From: Magallana gigas
Taxonomy: Eukaryota
DNA: 64,000 nucleotides
Direction of reading: 5' to 3'
NCBI RefSeq assembly: GCF_963853765.1
Contig: NC_088854.1
Coordinates: forward strand, 3,100,001-3,164,000
A program made the position numbers and the translations under genes. This document shows, in pieces, positions 49,616 through 62,759 of this stretch. Positions within the stretch are counted from its first letter, which is position 1. Every line of letters begins with the position of its first letter. The notes below the pieces were generated by a model. The model was not told the DNA's origin, did not search any database, and worked only from the letters and a program-made list of their open reading frames with translations.

Positions 49616-52600
49616 GTAAATTAAGATAAGCAACTTTAGGTTTGCTAGTTTCAGTATAAAAGGTTCTTTTCAAGCATTATTTTTATTCATGTAATGCTAT
49701 GTTGTCCTTTCCAACAGCAATAATGAAAAATCAATCCTGGGTTCCTGATAGGATGTAGAGACTATCAAAGACAGAGTAAGGTTCATGGCCCTGGCGATTG
49801 GAAGCAATCAATAAGGCCTCTTTTTGAAGTCGTGCAAACTGAGTGCGGCTTTTTTCGCTGTTCTAATCAAAAATGCTCTGTAAGCCGTTTTATGACCATT
49901 CATATTTAAAAATATGTATCTTTAGCATTATATACGAAATCTTTAATTATAAAGTTTTATTTGAAAGATGTAGTGTTTTCGTGTCAATATATAAAACATT
50001 TTTGTTTGTCATTATGTGTATTGTTAATATTGTTCAGATGGATTGGCCTAATCCCAAATTTATTCACAACATCGCATACCGTTTCTTAGTTACGCAAAAG
50101 ATAGTGCATTTCTGTGCAGAAGATGCGAAGAAATCAATCTAAATCGAGACGATTAGTCTGGCAAGAACCCCGGAGCCCGACGCAGTGTATCGATTCCTTC
50201 AATTCCCCCGACTTTATATATGAAAGGCCTGGTGTAGCTGCCTGCTTCATACAGAAGCCATAATTCGTCATCGAACACCACTACCAGGCGTCGTTTATTT
50301 ATATACTCGGTAAATGACCGGAACACGCGGGACGCAGACAGAAGGGTCAATTAGGGACACGGATACTACAGTAAAATGTCATTCCATACTTATGTCCAAA
50401 TATGGGTAAACCCTGTAATATGTAATTTCTGGATTCTATCCAATCTACTTTAGACTTTGTAAATGGAGACCCTGAGTTTTTAGGATGAGTAAAAATGATT
50501 TACAACGGTGTAGGTGATATGACCGGCTCAAGTGAAGTGGACGCCCATTCTTCAACTCAGAGGGATATAAATAAATCGCTAACTATCTGTGATAATTTTT
50601 ATATACCCATCACATTCCTCCTTGTCTCAACCCTTTAACCAAATTTGATTTTGCATTTTGACAGCTAATCATCGCAAACTTTAAAGTGGCGGGGTCAGGA
50701 GATAATCGGCAAAGATATTCCGCGACGAGGCACAAGTTCGAGTTTTATTTCCCTCGAAATCAAGACCAGGGAGGAGGTCGTAATAAAGAGTGGGATAAAA
50801 GACTGGTCAAGCCTGACCCCCTCCTGTAAATAAGGCATCTATATTGTCGGATTTCAAATCACCATTAATCATCAAATAAAACACGGGGTCTGAGAACTGT
50901 CCGAGTCGTTCATCTGGAAAATTATACATTGAAATGTTTTTATTTCTACTTGATGCATTACTTCCCTTTGAATCTGTCTCCCTCATCAAATTGAAATACC
51001 GGTACATTAATAACGACAGGTCTGCGACAGTGAGTCATTCGCCTAGGTGTGCATTCTCTACCCATTTTCACCTGTATTAATTCTTATCGTGCAAAATACA
51101 TCTACCTCCCAAAACCTAATGCGTGGGTATATTATAAAAAAAAAACCTAAGGTATATGCAGGTACTGTTGAATTTACCAGAGCAACGAAAAAATTCCCCA
51201 ATTTATCCTAGTCTGCGGCGGGTATAGAATTAGAGCATTTCAAAAGGGCGGGGCAATCAGGTGTTGCTACTTTAACAGCGAGGTTAAGGGGCTTTCAGCT
51301 ACTTTATCTAACTTTTAATAAAGTTAAAACCTGATATAAAAATCAGCAATGTCAGACTCTCTCTCACTCACTCGGACATGCAAAATTGCATTAGCTAGTT
51401 TTTGTTTTTGCCCTATGGTTAATTCCAGACTTTAATGAAACTGTGAGAAATATGATAAAAGGACATAACTTATTATATATGTATGTACATTAAGTGTTAG
51501 ATATATAACGCACCATTTAAAGGCTGGTTTTTATCAACCAATATTTAAATCTCTATGTGGTATTTGATAAGCTTTAAATTTCGAGGCGACTGCTGGATTA
51601 TGCAAGTTTAATTGAATCCGGGTATGGCCCAAGGGTACCGTTCCCCGATCTCTAAACGTGCCACATTAATTCTAACACGATTACTAGAGTTGTGAAGTGG
51701 TGTACTCGCCGGCCCGATACGCAATGCCATTAGAAAAACAACAGTTTAATAAAAAAAAAATACCGGAGCATTTAAGCCATTTAGTAAATTCTGCAGATAA
51801 AATATTTGCATATGAAACAAATTAAGTAGATACATAGTTATTTATTCCGTTTTAAGAAGTTTGTCTAGGGATACCTTAATGTCTGAAACCATCTGGGACC
51901 ATTTATTTATCTGGATTCCCATTCAATATCTTGCATTGCCTTAACATATGTAGTTTGTAGTTTTCAGTATTAACCTTTTATATTTGTCGTGATAAACAAG
52001 GACATGATTCAACCTTGTATTGACATTTAATCAAGGCACATAATTCAAGGGAGAGAGAGAAAGATGGAAGAGATACCGAGAAAAAACAATATTGACACTA
52101 CATCAAAGTAAATCTGGTCGGGCAACCCCACACCAGCTTTCCACGGCTCAGTGCACACAGTGGGTCTCGCAAACATCAAAGTTTAACAGAAACTATTGAC
52201 AGTTGTTACCTATACGCCGTGCACTAAGACATGTGCAGCACATACCTTATATGCACACCTGCAAGTCGGGAAGAATCGCAAGAAAAATCGTAGTTTATTT
52301 GGATTTGATGGGGCTTTATCATTACCTTCTTATCGACCACGTGGGATTTCTTACCGATTTCCTCTAAAACCTTAGTACCTGACTGCTCTAGTACACATAT
52401 ATTAAGAAACTGTAAGCCAAGTAGTATGTCCCAAAAAGTTTAACTCCTTTCTCCGACTCCTGCATCGGAATCTGCAGTAACGTAACGATAATTCTGACTG
52501 CGTGGATATTTTTTCACGAGATCATTGAGAACTCAAAAAACGGACATCGCAGAGCCATATGAAGTCGAGAAAGGACATGTTAGAATAATATTTATTTTCG

Positions 52601-54404
52601 TGTGAATGAAGACGGGGGCCTTTTAAGCATTTCCTTTTGATGTGAACATAAATAGCTCCAAATCTTTAACTTCAGTATTTGACTGGGCGTGTTGTCTTCA
52701 ATTTAAAATAACCGAAGAAAATTTTTAAAAAGCAGGACTTGATTTGAAAATAGTTAAAGGGGATTTGGTTATGTAACATATATTATTTCCATTTAAACCT
52801 TTCTGAATGGCAAAAAATGACCATTTAAGTCTATTCTCCTTGAAGTAAAATTGAATAATTTTGAGAACCGATTTTCCTTACACCCTTCCTTATAATCCCT
52901 GGACTTATCCTCCTCGTAATCTCCACTAAAGTATAAGCATAATAGTCCAAACTTGCGATCCGCTTTAAATGAATTTCTGAAATCGTTCTCATTCAAATTT
53001 GCAAACGACTAAAGAGATATGAGATGAAAAAGATGGTAGAGTTTGCCTTGTCCAACATTTCACTGCCATTCCAACGCTCTTCTTGACAGAAAAAAAACGT
53101 ACTTTGCATAATATGACTATTTTCACAAACACATATATTAGTAACTTGGTATCTGGTTTATTTACCGCCGACATTAAGTTACACAAATTAACACAACTCT
53201 TAAGCAGGACACTACATGTTCATTTCATTAAAACTAAAGACAATGAGTTTACGGCAAAGTGAATCAGGTGAGACAATAGGTGTCGTTTTTTTTTAAACTC
53301 CGCGTCGCATGACATTTGTGACAGTATCTATGATCTTTGTCAGCAAGACCTGGCACTGGTTCTGTGTGACAGTATCTATGATCTTTGTCAGCAAGACCTG
53401 GCAGTGGTTCTGTCCCTGCACAGAGTTCAAGATCAATAAAATTTTAGCTTCGTTTAAACATGCCAAATCCAACAGGTGTGTCCTATGTCTAAAAGACCAG
53501 GGTAATCCTTATTTGCAATTTGAAGAATATTTATATCCTTGGACTTCTTTGGCTGTAAAGGGCTCTCAAAGGATCTTAATCTGGGTTGCCAGTAAATCAA
53601 AATTTAAAATGCACAATCTCAGCAGAATTTTTATATAGTTTACATGTTTGTTTAAAGGTTATAAGGTTGGGTCATGTAGTTAAATATGGGGTTGCGAAAG
53701 CAATTTAGGTTTTCCACCTGAAACAATATTTTAATGCTGAAGTGTCACGTGGTTTCATCGTTGCATGCATTACGAAGTTCGAAGTTCACATGGGCGTTCT
53801 CTGAATTACCGGCAATATGCATAATGAACTACTGCAAAATTGCTACTATGTCAGAAAGCTAGATGCTTGCAAAAGTAAATCGCGATGCATTGTATTACAT
53901 GTAATATACTTAATATACTCACTCTCTTTTTTCATCGTCCAGTGCATCCTGTAGTCCTACTAAAGTGGAATCAAATTTTGCCTTTTCCTTTGATAATTCG
54001 TCAATAACATTTCTAGATTCAGCGATTTCTTGCTCATAAAGTTCTTTAATTTCGGAGACGTCGAATCCCTTCAGTTTCTTTAGTCTATCTATCTCAGCCA
54101 ACAACGCCTTGTTCTGGGCCTCAAGAAATCTAACTTTTTCAATATAGCTGGCAAATCGCTCGTTCAGCCCTTGCATATCCTTCTTTTCCCTGTCCCTGGT
54201 TTGGATGACATCGTTGACCCCCTTGTGGGACAGTCCAGCGAGGACCCCGGTGGAGAAGGCCGGTCCCATACTAAGCCGACTGGTGGAGCTCCGGTTCATA
54301 ACATTCCCGGATCCAGCGGGGGTTCTCTGGATCACCGTGGTGCGAGAGGAAACCACGGGCGCGGTTTTCACGCTCCTTCTATACTCAACTTTCTCCGAAG
54401 ACAT
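43655..54404 (-). CDS. Cytoplasmic intermediate filament protein, protostome type (long coil 1b, lamin-tail domain), about 618 aa; exons 54404-53923, 49345-49159, 49043-48948, 48836-48675, 48566-48441, 48310-48090, 47854-47775, 46390-46280, 45515-45382, 44322-44215, 44014-43901, 43690-43655
   Basis: Rod start is EKKDMQGLNERFASYIEKVRFLEAQN and rod end is KLSLELEISCYRKLLETEE. The tail has the lamin-tail signature GNIAFSDAAPDGSQVGIEN / VNLKGWKIRREI / YEFKNDLQLGPGQKIKLFS. It ends EKASLKMTITN* with no CaaX box or obvious NLS. The exons total 1857 nt in frame. Confidence 0.93.
49552..49613. repeat. (AG)n microsatellite, about 31 units, in IF intron 1
   Basis: Pure dinucleotide run read directly from the sequence. 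Confidence 0.98.
53317..53412. repeat. Direct tandem duplication of 48 bp
   Basis: TGTGACAGTATCTATGATCTTTGTCAGCAAGACCTGGCA[C/G]TGGTTCTG occurs at 53317 and again at 53365. Confidence 0.9.
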
Positions 54405-57400
54405 TTTTGCACAGCTATATTATTTCTCAGCCACCCTACAAGAAAACTCACAGGCCCTAAAGCTTTCTACTTCTCCCCTGATTCAGTCGTCTGCTACGGA
54501 GTCCTCCCGGTCGATCCAGTGGAGGAATTAGAAGTGACGCCGGTACATAGGAAGCCCGGACTAGTCAGGTGTGACTTAATATCGTCTGCTCTAACTTCAT
54601 TGGTCTATTCCTCTGCCTACTTACTCTCTTCATTTGCAAACCTGTAGAGCAGGAATTTACTATAAGTAACAAATCACTATTTGTATGAGTAAAAGAAAAC
54701 TTGTTTATTAAGCATATATTAGTATCTACTGTTCGTGAATGAAATGATTTGATTTGTGTAGGTTAGATTTTGTGTGGGCACTGATCGTCTCGGCACTTTA
54801 AAACTTCTCAAGCTTGGTTTACCTTGCTTCGTAAGAATTTATATATGTACTTAAAACCTACCATATAAATATATATATATCTACCGTCTTTTTCATGATT
54901 CTTAATCTTATAAAATGTAATGCACAAGCCAAATACAAAAATTAAAAGTAAGAAATGCCAACCAAAACATAAACAAGTTAATTTATTCTATAGGTAGTTA
55001 AAGGCAACTTTCGAAAAAAAAAAGTAAAACTGAATTTTAAACGAGGGACACGTTTATAACATGGCAATCCAGACAGATTGACATTAATCATAGTAGTTAA
55101 CTTCTCCAAAACAATTTCAGCAAACCTATTTTACAGACATTGGAATTTTTTATTAGACTCGGTCTCGGTATCCTAATACATGTACAAGAAAAACCCCACA
55201 TATTTCAGCTTATCTTGGTCAGAAAAAATATGAGTCAAATCTTCAAAGATTAATTTTTCACCCTTGTGTTCCGTATTTTTTACAAGGACATGCCTTGAGT
55301 GTTAAGATTAGGAGTTTTATGAATACACACCCAAAGTATTAAGCCTTCCAAAGAGCCCACACCACAATCAAAATTAGAAAAGTGAACTATTTCTAGTGAC
55401 CTTTACAGGACAGCACTGCAATAGGGTTTCTTTGTGGAAGCCTTTGGTCAAATTAAGCTTGAAACCAATTAAAAATGTGCTGGCAATGCCTTTTCTTATT
55501 CCTGTACCTACAACTTCTACTTTGGCTACTACAACTACTACTACTACATGTACCACTACTACTGTGTCTAGGCACCATCTTTAATTTGTCCATTGACACC
55601 TGAATAGTAAACGGATTGTAGAATGTGTTAAACTTTATCATTTTAGGACCTTGAGAATGTTGCAAAAGCATTTGCAGCATATCTAGAGTGACAACATTGG
55701 GATGGATACGGCATTATATCCGCCTTCCAATTACATCTCACTACAATGAACATTGGCCTCTATCTACATATAGTTCTTCTTGTTAAAAACTTTCTATTCT
55801 TCTCTATATATACTATTTGTACATTCACTCTTCGTTCAGCATTTAGATTCAATGCACAATGTTTCATTTGATTTTGCAAACTTCTGGCACTTATCTTTCA
55901 GAAAAAGGACTTGGCTATATTTTCCAGAAACTGACTGAATTATGTAATTGTTTATCTCTCTAATTGAGCTTAGCTTTCATCAGTTTTGTTTTGATGACAA
56001 ATAGTGTGAGCATTGCCGGTCATATGCGGTCAGGGAAAAAAACTCCGGAAATTTATGTTGACTGTATGTACTGTTTTATTTGAATGTACAATTTGGTCTA
56101 TTGTAGGCAAAATGCGTAACGTTATAGATAAATGTATATATTCAATTCTACTTTACAACAGGGGGTAAGCGGTTTAATTAAGGGCTTTTAAGAAATGAAA
56201 CTCCTTAGATATTTATTTTGTTTAAATACAAAATACGGTGGTTTTCTCCATTGTTTGATAAGGGTCAGTTTAAAGTCCAACAATTAAAATGCAACAATTC
56301 CAGGCATTTATGAATGGTTTAGGACCGTGATTAGATTGCGTGTCCCTGCATGAAGAGCTTTAATTACACAGAGGAGGTTAAATTACACCCAGAAGGTCAA
56401 GGCCCCTAGCTTCTCAATAACAAAAAAACTGCTGAAGTAGGCGATGTACATTCTAAGACTAACCAAAGATAAAATACATGTATACGGAACTTTGAATCCA
56501 AGACCAATCATAAATGAAATATACAAAACTTTAGCATGAAAGTAAAGCTTGAATTATGTCAATACCATAAACTCGGCCTGACCCTAGCAATCGCAAATCA
56601 AGCAGAGACGATATAGTCTATGATGCCAATGGAGGTTTGCAAACACGGTACCAGTTGTAGTACTAAAAGTACAAGGGTTCGAGTCGTGTAGGGACAGGTC
56701 GATCCCGAAATAAATCAGGAATTGACGACCACGGATCGCAGCCTGGTCATATTGCGAGGGTCACGTTAATATGTCAATATTTATTATGGAGGAAACCTTC
56801 GTATTGTCTAGCCATTAATCATGTTAGTATATTTTGACCACCTGTGCTGTGGTTTACCGGAAAATGTGTTTGGATTATCAAGGAAAAACAACATTGCCAC
56901 GAACGCAAGCTCAGTGAAGCATACATAGAAAGTCTATAGTGGCCTTTTTACTTGCGTAAGATGGATCGAAAAAGATCATTTGAAGGAGTTCAAACGCGAA
57001 ATAGAGCTTACATAGACGCTAAAACCTGAAAAACAGGTTCCGGAATTTCTAGTGTTACAGACCGGCTCCAAAATTAATGACCAACCTGGCGAGGTTTTAT
57101 TCAAGAAAAAAAGTACATATAATTTTAGACCTTAATGATAGAGCAGTGTGCCATGTCTTTGTGTCAAAAGGTGCTCGCTATTACATAATCAAATGGGCAG
57201 AATATCATCGTTGATGTCTGTCGAACGTAGAAATCTCGGAGGAGATGGATTTTCTCAATGTAATGGTCCTTGTTTGATCTACCTGAGAATAAATTAGAGC
57301 CGTGATCGATTTTGTCTCATCTAATTTATTCCGCAGACATTACTGTCACACCTTCCGAATTTTAAATAAGGTATTTTGTACATGAATCACTAAGGCGAAG

Positions 57401-60400
57401 AATTTAAGACAATGCATGCGTATTAACATATGTATATTCGTACAAACGCAACTAACTGTATACTAATTATTGGTGAACTACAACTAGCGTAGTACACAGA
57501 AACTCCTTGGACAGCCCCTGCCTATTTGTGGTAGATATGATTTATCTACATGTGTGGAGAGGAGCTATAAATAACCGGCATTCTCCATTGATCTCGATTA
57601 ATTGACCATTTTCTGATTCCAGCTGAGATCAGTTCTGTACATTCCTGACCTCTACCCCCTATTTTATTTGTACGTCGGTTCGGATCATAGCAAAACCCGA
57701 TGAAGACCTTCGCCTGTTTATATAACAGAGACCATCTACTACTTGTAAAAATTGTTCAAACTGCACGGGTTGTATTTCATATGAATATCTTAAAAAAGCA
57801 TACTTAATTATGGCTGTTCACTGTCACATTCAAACGAACAAATCAAATCGTTCTCAACAATACTGCTAATATATCAAAGTTGTCACTGCATAGAACCTGC
57901 AGTGTTTTTGATTGACTTAATTTAACCATAAACGAGCTAAATGATTCACCATAGAAAGACGACACCATAGCATTATAAAGTTCTCTGGATTCTAAGCCTT
58001 ACTGGGCACTGTCAGAAATTCGATATCCCGGTACACAAGGGGACCAATATAAAATATTAACGAGACGAAAATGAGAAAAAAACGCTAAGAGCATTACACA
58101 TTGTTTTCAACATTGGATGATGCTGCTGCATGATAAAGCAATGAAACAGAATACGGAGAATAGAGGAGTTCGGATATCAGAGGACGGATCGCAGGTCCCT
58201 GTCCATTGATGTCCTCCACTCACATCAAGCCCATACTCAAAGAACAGTAAACAAACAGTAATTGCAAAGTGTACACACATCCACAGGTGTCGGATAATCA
58301 GGCACTTTGTTTACACCTGAAACTAAAACCAATCACCACATCCACTTTAACGAAAGGTACGGATTAAGATGTTCGGAAGTGGTAAACAGACGGTGGGTGA
58401 AAAGTCATTGCCCTTTATTGGTGCCTGACTTCAAAATAAATAATTTTTGTCGTCAAAGAAAGAACTGTTAGTGGAATGCGACGTTTCTGGCCATATGGTC
58501 TCTTTGGATGAGAAATCATATTAAGTTCGGTCACATTTCATTGACAGACGTAAGCTTATTCAGGACACGGAATTCTGACGTCCGTGCGTTCTCACCATTA
58601 TTTTCTTATGGCATTCAACAGATTTTAAGAAATCTTTTTTTTTTCTTTCAGGGGAATGTATGTTGTACTTTACTGTTGCTTAGTCGATAGGTAATTTTCA
58701 TGTGAAGCAGGTAGGATTAATCCTAACTGCCGGACATTAATAAACTTCTTATCAGAGTAAGACAAATTACACTTTTTTTCCAAACAGCATTAACAGAGCG
58801 ATTAAGTTTCATTCACAACAAAATCTGAAGCATTCTGAACAAATCCATTGCGTGTCATTTTTCTGTTAAACCAAACTCCTGACACTCGATAGACGTTTGC
58901 CTAAATATGTAATAAAAAGGCCCTTAATAAGCCGCCCTGTATAACATCAAACGTATCTATATAAATTAGTCCGATTATATGAGTCAGATCTGTAGGTGTC
59001 AAATGTGTTTATTATTCCCGGTTTGATACAGAAAATAGTTTTTGTGGAGTATAGCGGGCCAAACACCCACATTGTTTGTCAAGAAAAAAATCTGCCAAAA
59101 CATTATCTTTGGAATTAAAGGGAAAATTTAAAGTGAAAGATAAGAAATTTACATAAAGCATTCATACATTTTAATATCATATAAAATGTGTTTGAAATAT
59201 TTTTAAAAGTAGTTTAAAACTAATATAAATAGAAAACTAAATAGAAAAAGAATCTTTTCTTACTTATGTTTACTAATGCATGTAGTTATATGTAAAAAGA
59301 GTGAATCAGCAATTCCCACCCAATGAATTTAGTTCTTATTTCTCTAAATGTCGAACTAAACATAACAATGATTAGACAATTTGATCAAATTAAAAATAGA
59401 TTTTTTTTTCAATACGACAACAGGGAGTGAACCCTCGAAGATGGCAATATCTCGATCCTTTATTTTTGTTTACGTCCCATGGCCGATCGAGACTTTCTGA
59501 GGGAGATAATTGGAGGGTAGCGTAGCATGTCGACAGCGGGGGACCAGTGGTTTCTCTGTGAGGAATAAGCCGAAATGGGCCGAAAGTTAAGTAACGGACT
59601 ATAACGGTGTGGCATGAATGAACCATCTCCCGAGTTGAGGGTGGAGATAAAATCTGTCCTTTGTACGGTTACGTCTAAATTGGGATGTCATGGCCGACGA
59701 CATGCCCTAAACGTACACTAGTCTATTCATTGATAACACATAGGAAAAGAGAAAGACTGTCTGGACATGCGGTGAATTAAGTTTTAATTCTTTATTCCGT
59801 TGAGCCCCCTTCAATAGTCGTTTCATGCATGTTTGAGACACGATAATTCGGCTGGACAGCTTAATCTCTTGTTTTCTCGGCTATTAGCGAGCTTATTAAT
59901 TGAATTGACAAAAACTGTTATGATTGCCCAACTTTCAAAAAATATTAGGAAACAATACATGTACTGAGAATATACAATCTAACCAACTTGTCAATACAGA
60001 CAATTGAGTAGATCGCCTGAAACTGGTCCGACCAAGGTCGGGTTTTACAGCTTTCATCGTTGGAGGGCTTTAATTTGAGGGTCAAATTGGTTGTGGGAAT
60101 TAAATGAAAAACCAAGAAAACGGACCATTTTAACGCACTTGACAAATAATTAGGGGTCGGGTAATAGCCTGTCCGTCGGAGAAATGGAATCTATAAAACA
60201 GGGGGAATTAGCGCCTTTTTTAACGTATTTGTGAAAATTGAAGCAGATTTTTTATGTTGATCAGAATGTTAAAGTGGTTTCTATTCCAGGTTAATTGATC
60301 GCTACTGAATTGTATGTTGAGGGTGTCGATATGGTAGTTTTGCATAGAATGGGTCAAAGTTCCAAGCATGTATAAGGTTAATAAAGTACTTAAAAAAATG

Positions 60401-60748
60401 TTCATTACATCCAGACATGATGTATGTCATATAGCTTGCACCTGATGTCAAACTATATTTACGTCCTTCTATTTTATAAATAGAATACTCTAAACCAAAA
60501 ACTTTGTGGAAACTATACAGGTGGTGCGAGATCTTGCAAAAAGACAAGGGCTGATTTTCGGAGTATATCAGTCAATAATTTAGGCGGGTGGGGGTTTATG
60601 TTGCATTAGTTAATTCCTTGGCATGTTACAATGAAGCTCAAAGGCATTTTTAGCTTTTTTTGGCGCAAAGGTAAAACATTTCTGTGAACATTAAATGAAA
60701 CGGAAAGTTTTGTTGCGAACATTTTGTCAACAATTGTAAAACTAATAT

Positions 60749-61080
60749 TATATAAATAGTACCTGTTTGGGAGGGTAACAGTTGAAATTGACACCCCGAG
60801 GAAACCATTGTCAACCGACGCGAAGCGGAGGTTGACAATGGTTTTCGAGGGGCGTCAATTTCAACTGTAACCCCCCCCCCCCCAAACAGGCACTATATAT
60901 TTTATTATACTGAATTTTTTATATAGAAATGACGTGAATTCTACGGCGAACCGTACGCGCATGTAACAATTCCTTGTGTTACCCGTTGCTAAGTGTGTTG
61001 CTAACGCTGAGGGTAATAGAACGGATTATCAACTGCGTCTAAACCAATCAGATTTCATTATTTAACATGAAAGTATAATA
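60749..61080. mobile_element. Fold-back dispersed element, copy 2 (fuller-length copy of 6746-7070)
   Basis: It has the same palindrome with central GTCAACCGACGCGAAGCGGAGGTTGAC and the same tail (GTGAATTCTACGGCGAA, GCTAAGTGTGTTGCTAACGCTGAGGGTAATAGAAC). It also has an AACCAATCAGA segment that copy 1 lacks. Both copies end in AAGTATAA. Confidence 0.8.
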
Positions 61081-62526
61081 AATGTACATTGTGTACCGTC
61101 ATATTGATGGCTATAAGATGTGAGGGAAATAAATTGAATTGTAAAAGGAAAAAGAAACGCGAAATATTCTGACATCGTCATCGATCCGTCTGATTTCAAT
61201 CGTCAGCTCTGACCACACAAGATTGCAGGAACAATGCATGTAGTACAGTGTCTTAAAAACCGCAACCATTAATTAAAATAAAAACGTAAACAAGTCTGTT
61301 TTGCAAACAAGCCCATTCATTAAAGAGTTACGCGATGGCTTTAGAAATTAAAATGCAAAGTAAGACGATATCTAGGTCGCCCCCTATAGGGTAACATGCA
61401 TAAAAGACCGGAGAGATTCAAAGACCTCGTATGTTTACGACTACCGTCAATTGTGCACCCATAAAAGAAATGAATCATGTTACATCGACCAAGTGCAGGA
61501 TGAGTCAATGATATCACCATTTTTACCATATTTACGGCACCGTCCCGCACTTTGATTTGATAAGGTTTGCAAACGGGTTTTCAGAGTGTTGGGCGTTTGG
61601 GGTATATACATGTATATAACAATGCAACCTCCTACTAGTGCATATATAGTGCATTGGATGTTATATGTACAATCTTCATGTTGCCCCTTGAGGACCCTTA
61701 ATTGGTAAAAATTAATTGGTAAATATAGTTCATTGTTATATAGTTAGTTAGTGTAAACTCAGCTTTTTACGTTATTTTTCAATGCCATCCTTTTACCAGA
61801 AATTCAAGTCCTGTCAGCCATGGATTCTGTAGACAACCCTTGGAGACGTTTGACGCTATATCATTTACAGCTCAATGAGTAAATCACTCTGCATGACAAA
61901 TATTTGTGCGGGAGCACGTTTGTTTTGCGTAACAAGCGATTCATAAGAATTGCTATATAAGGAGAAAAGTCAAGAAGTGCTGAATATCACTGAATTTGGC
62001 ATACTAATGATCAGCCTTTTTACGCTTGAATGAGAAAAACATCGACGTACGTTCTTTAACGCGTCAATCCTTTCATCTCTCAGCAGGGGCTTACTGGTCT
62101 CTATAGATAATGGAAATTGTTTACTTCAAATAGACCTTCAAAATCACATTTACAGTGATAACCTGTAAATATTGACGGGACGAATGACAAACCTTTTTGC
62201 TATTTTATTTTTGACCAATGTTTTTGATTACTGAACCCGTTCCAATGACCAGGGCAAATAGTAAATGCATTGACGAGTTGCTGAACTACGTATACAGTTT
62301 GTATACCTGAATAAGTATAGGCTAATTGTATTTTCAATTTTGAGGACAGGTTTTCCGAAATCCCTACCGTTGGGGGTTGGGATGAGGATATACAGAGCCA
62401 ATATAACAAACTCCTTACTTCCACTTCTTTAATCGTTAGTACAACTGTACACTGCTTGTCTTTATTCCTTAGAGCAATGCTTGTCTTTAATCATCTGTAC
62501 ATTTAATCATTAGTACATTGTACTCG

Positions 62527-62529
<3 letters not shown>

Positions 62530-62578
<49 letters not shown>
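62530..62578. repeat. (CT)n microsatellite abutting the stop codon of the putative terminal exon
   Basis: Pure dinucleotide run read directly from the sequence. Confidence 0.97.
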
Positions 62579-62582
<4 letters not shown>

Positions 62583-62759
62583 CACACTCCAACAACTCGG
62601 TCTCCATTTCACTGACGTCATCTTCCATCTGTTGATCCTCAATAAGATCATACATATTATTTAAATCTTCCATGTCATCGAAGTCCTCCTCCCCCTCCGG
62701 TAAATCCTCCAAATCATTGTCCTCAGCTAACTTTTTTGGTCTGTGTTTTGCTTTTGACC
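62578..62759 (-). CDS. Probable last coding exon of an unidentified gene with a highly acidic C-terminal tail; upstream exons unresolved or outside the window
   Basis: The acceptor TATTATAG| is followed by a phase-1 frame (G)SKAKHRPKKLAEDNDLEDLPEGEEDFDDMEDLNNMYDLIEDQQMEDDVSEMETELLECV*. The composition looks coding, but no family was recognised. Confidence 0.45.

Noticed and set aside
43655-54404. Calling the IF gene a nuclear lamin
   Set aside because: It has a lamin-tail domain but no C-terminal CaaX motif and no basic NLS between rod and tail, which fits a protostome cytoplasmic IF.
55396-55584. Thr-rich ORF (PTTSTLATTTTTTTCTT), mucin-like
   Set aside because: It is explained by a short degenerate (ACT)n tract and has no splice or coding context.
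57560-57640. TATAAATA box suggesting a plus-strand promoter
   Set aside because: There is no downstream exon or ORF and no initiator at the expected distance, and such motifs are common in AT-rich DNA.
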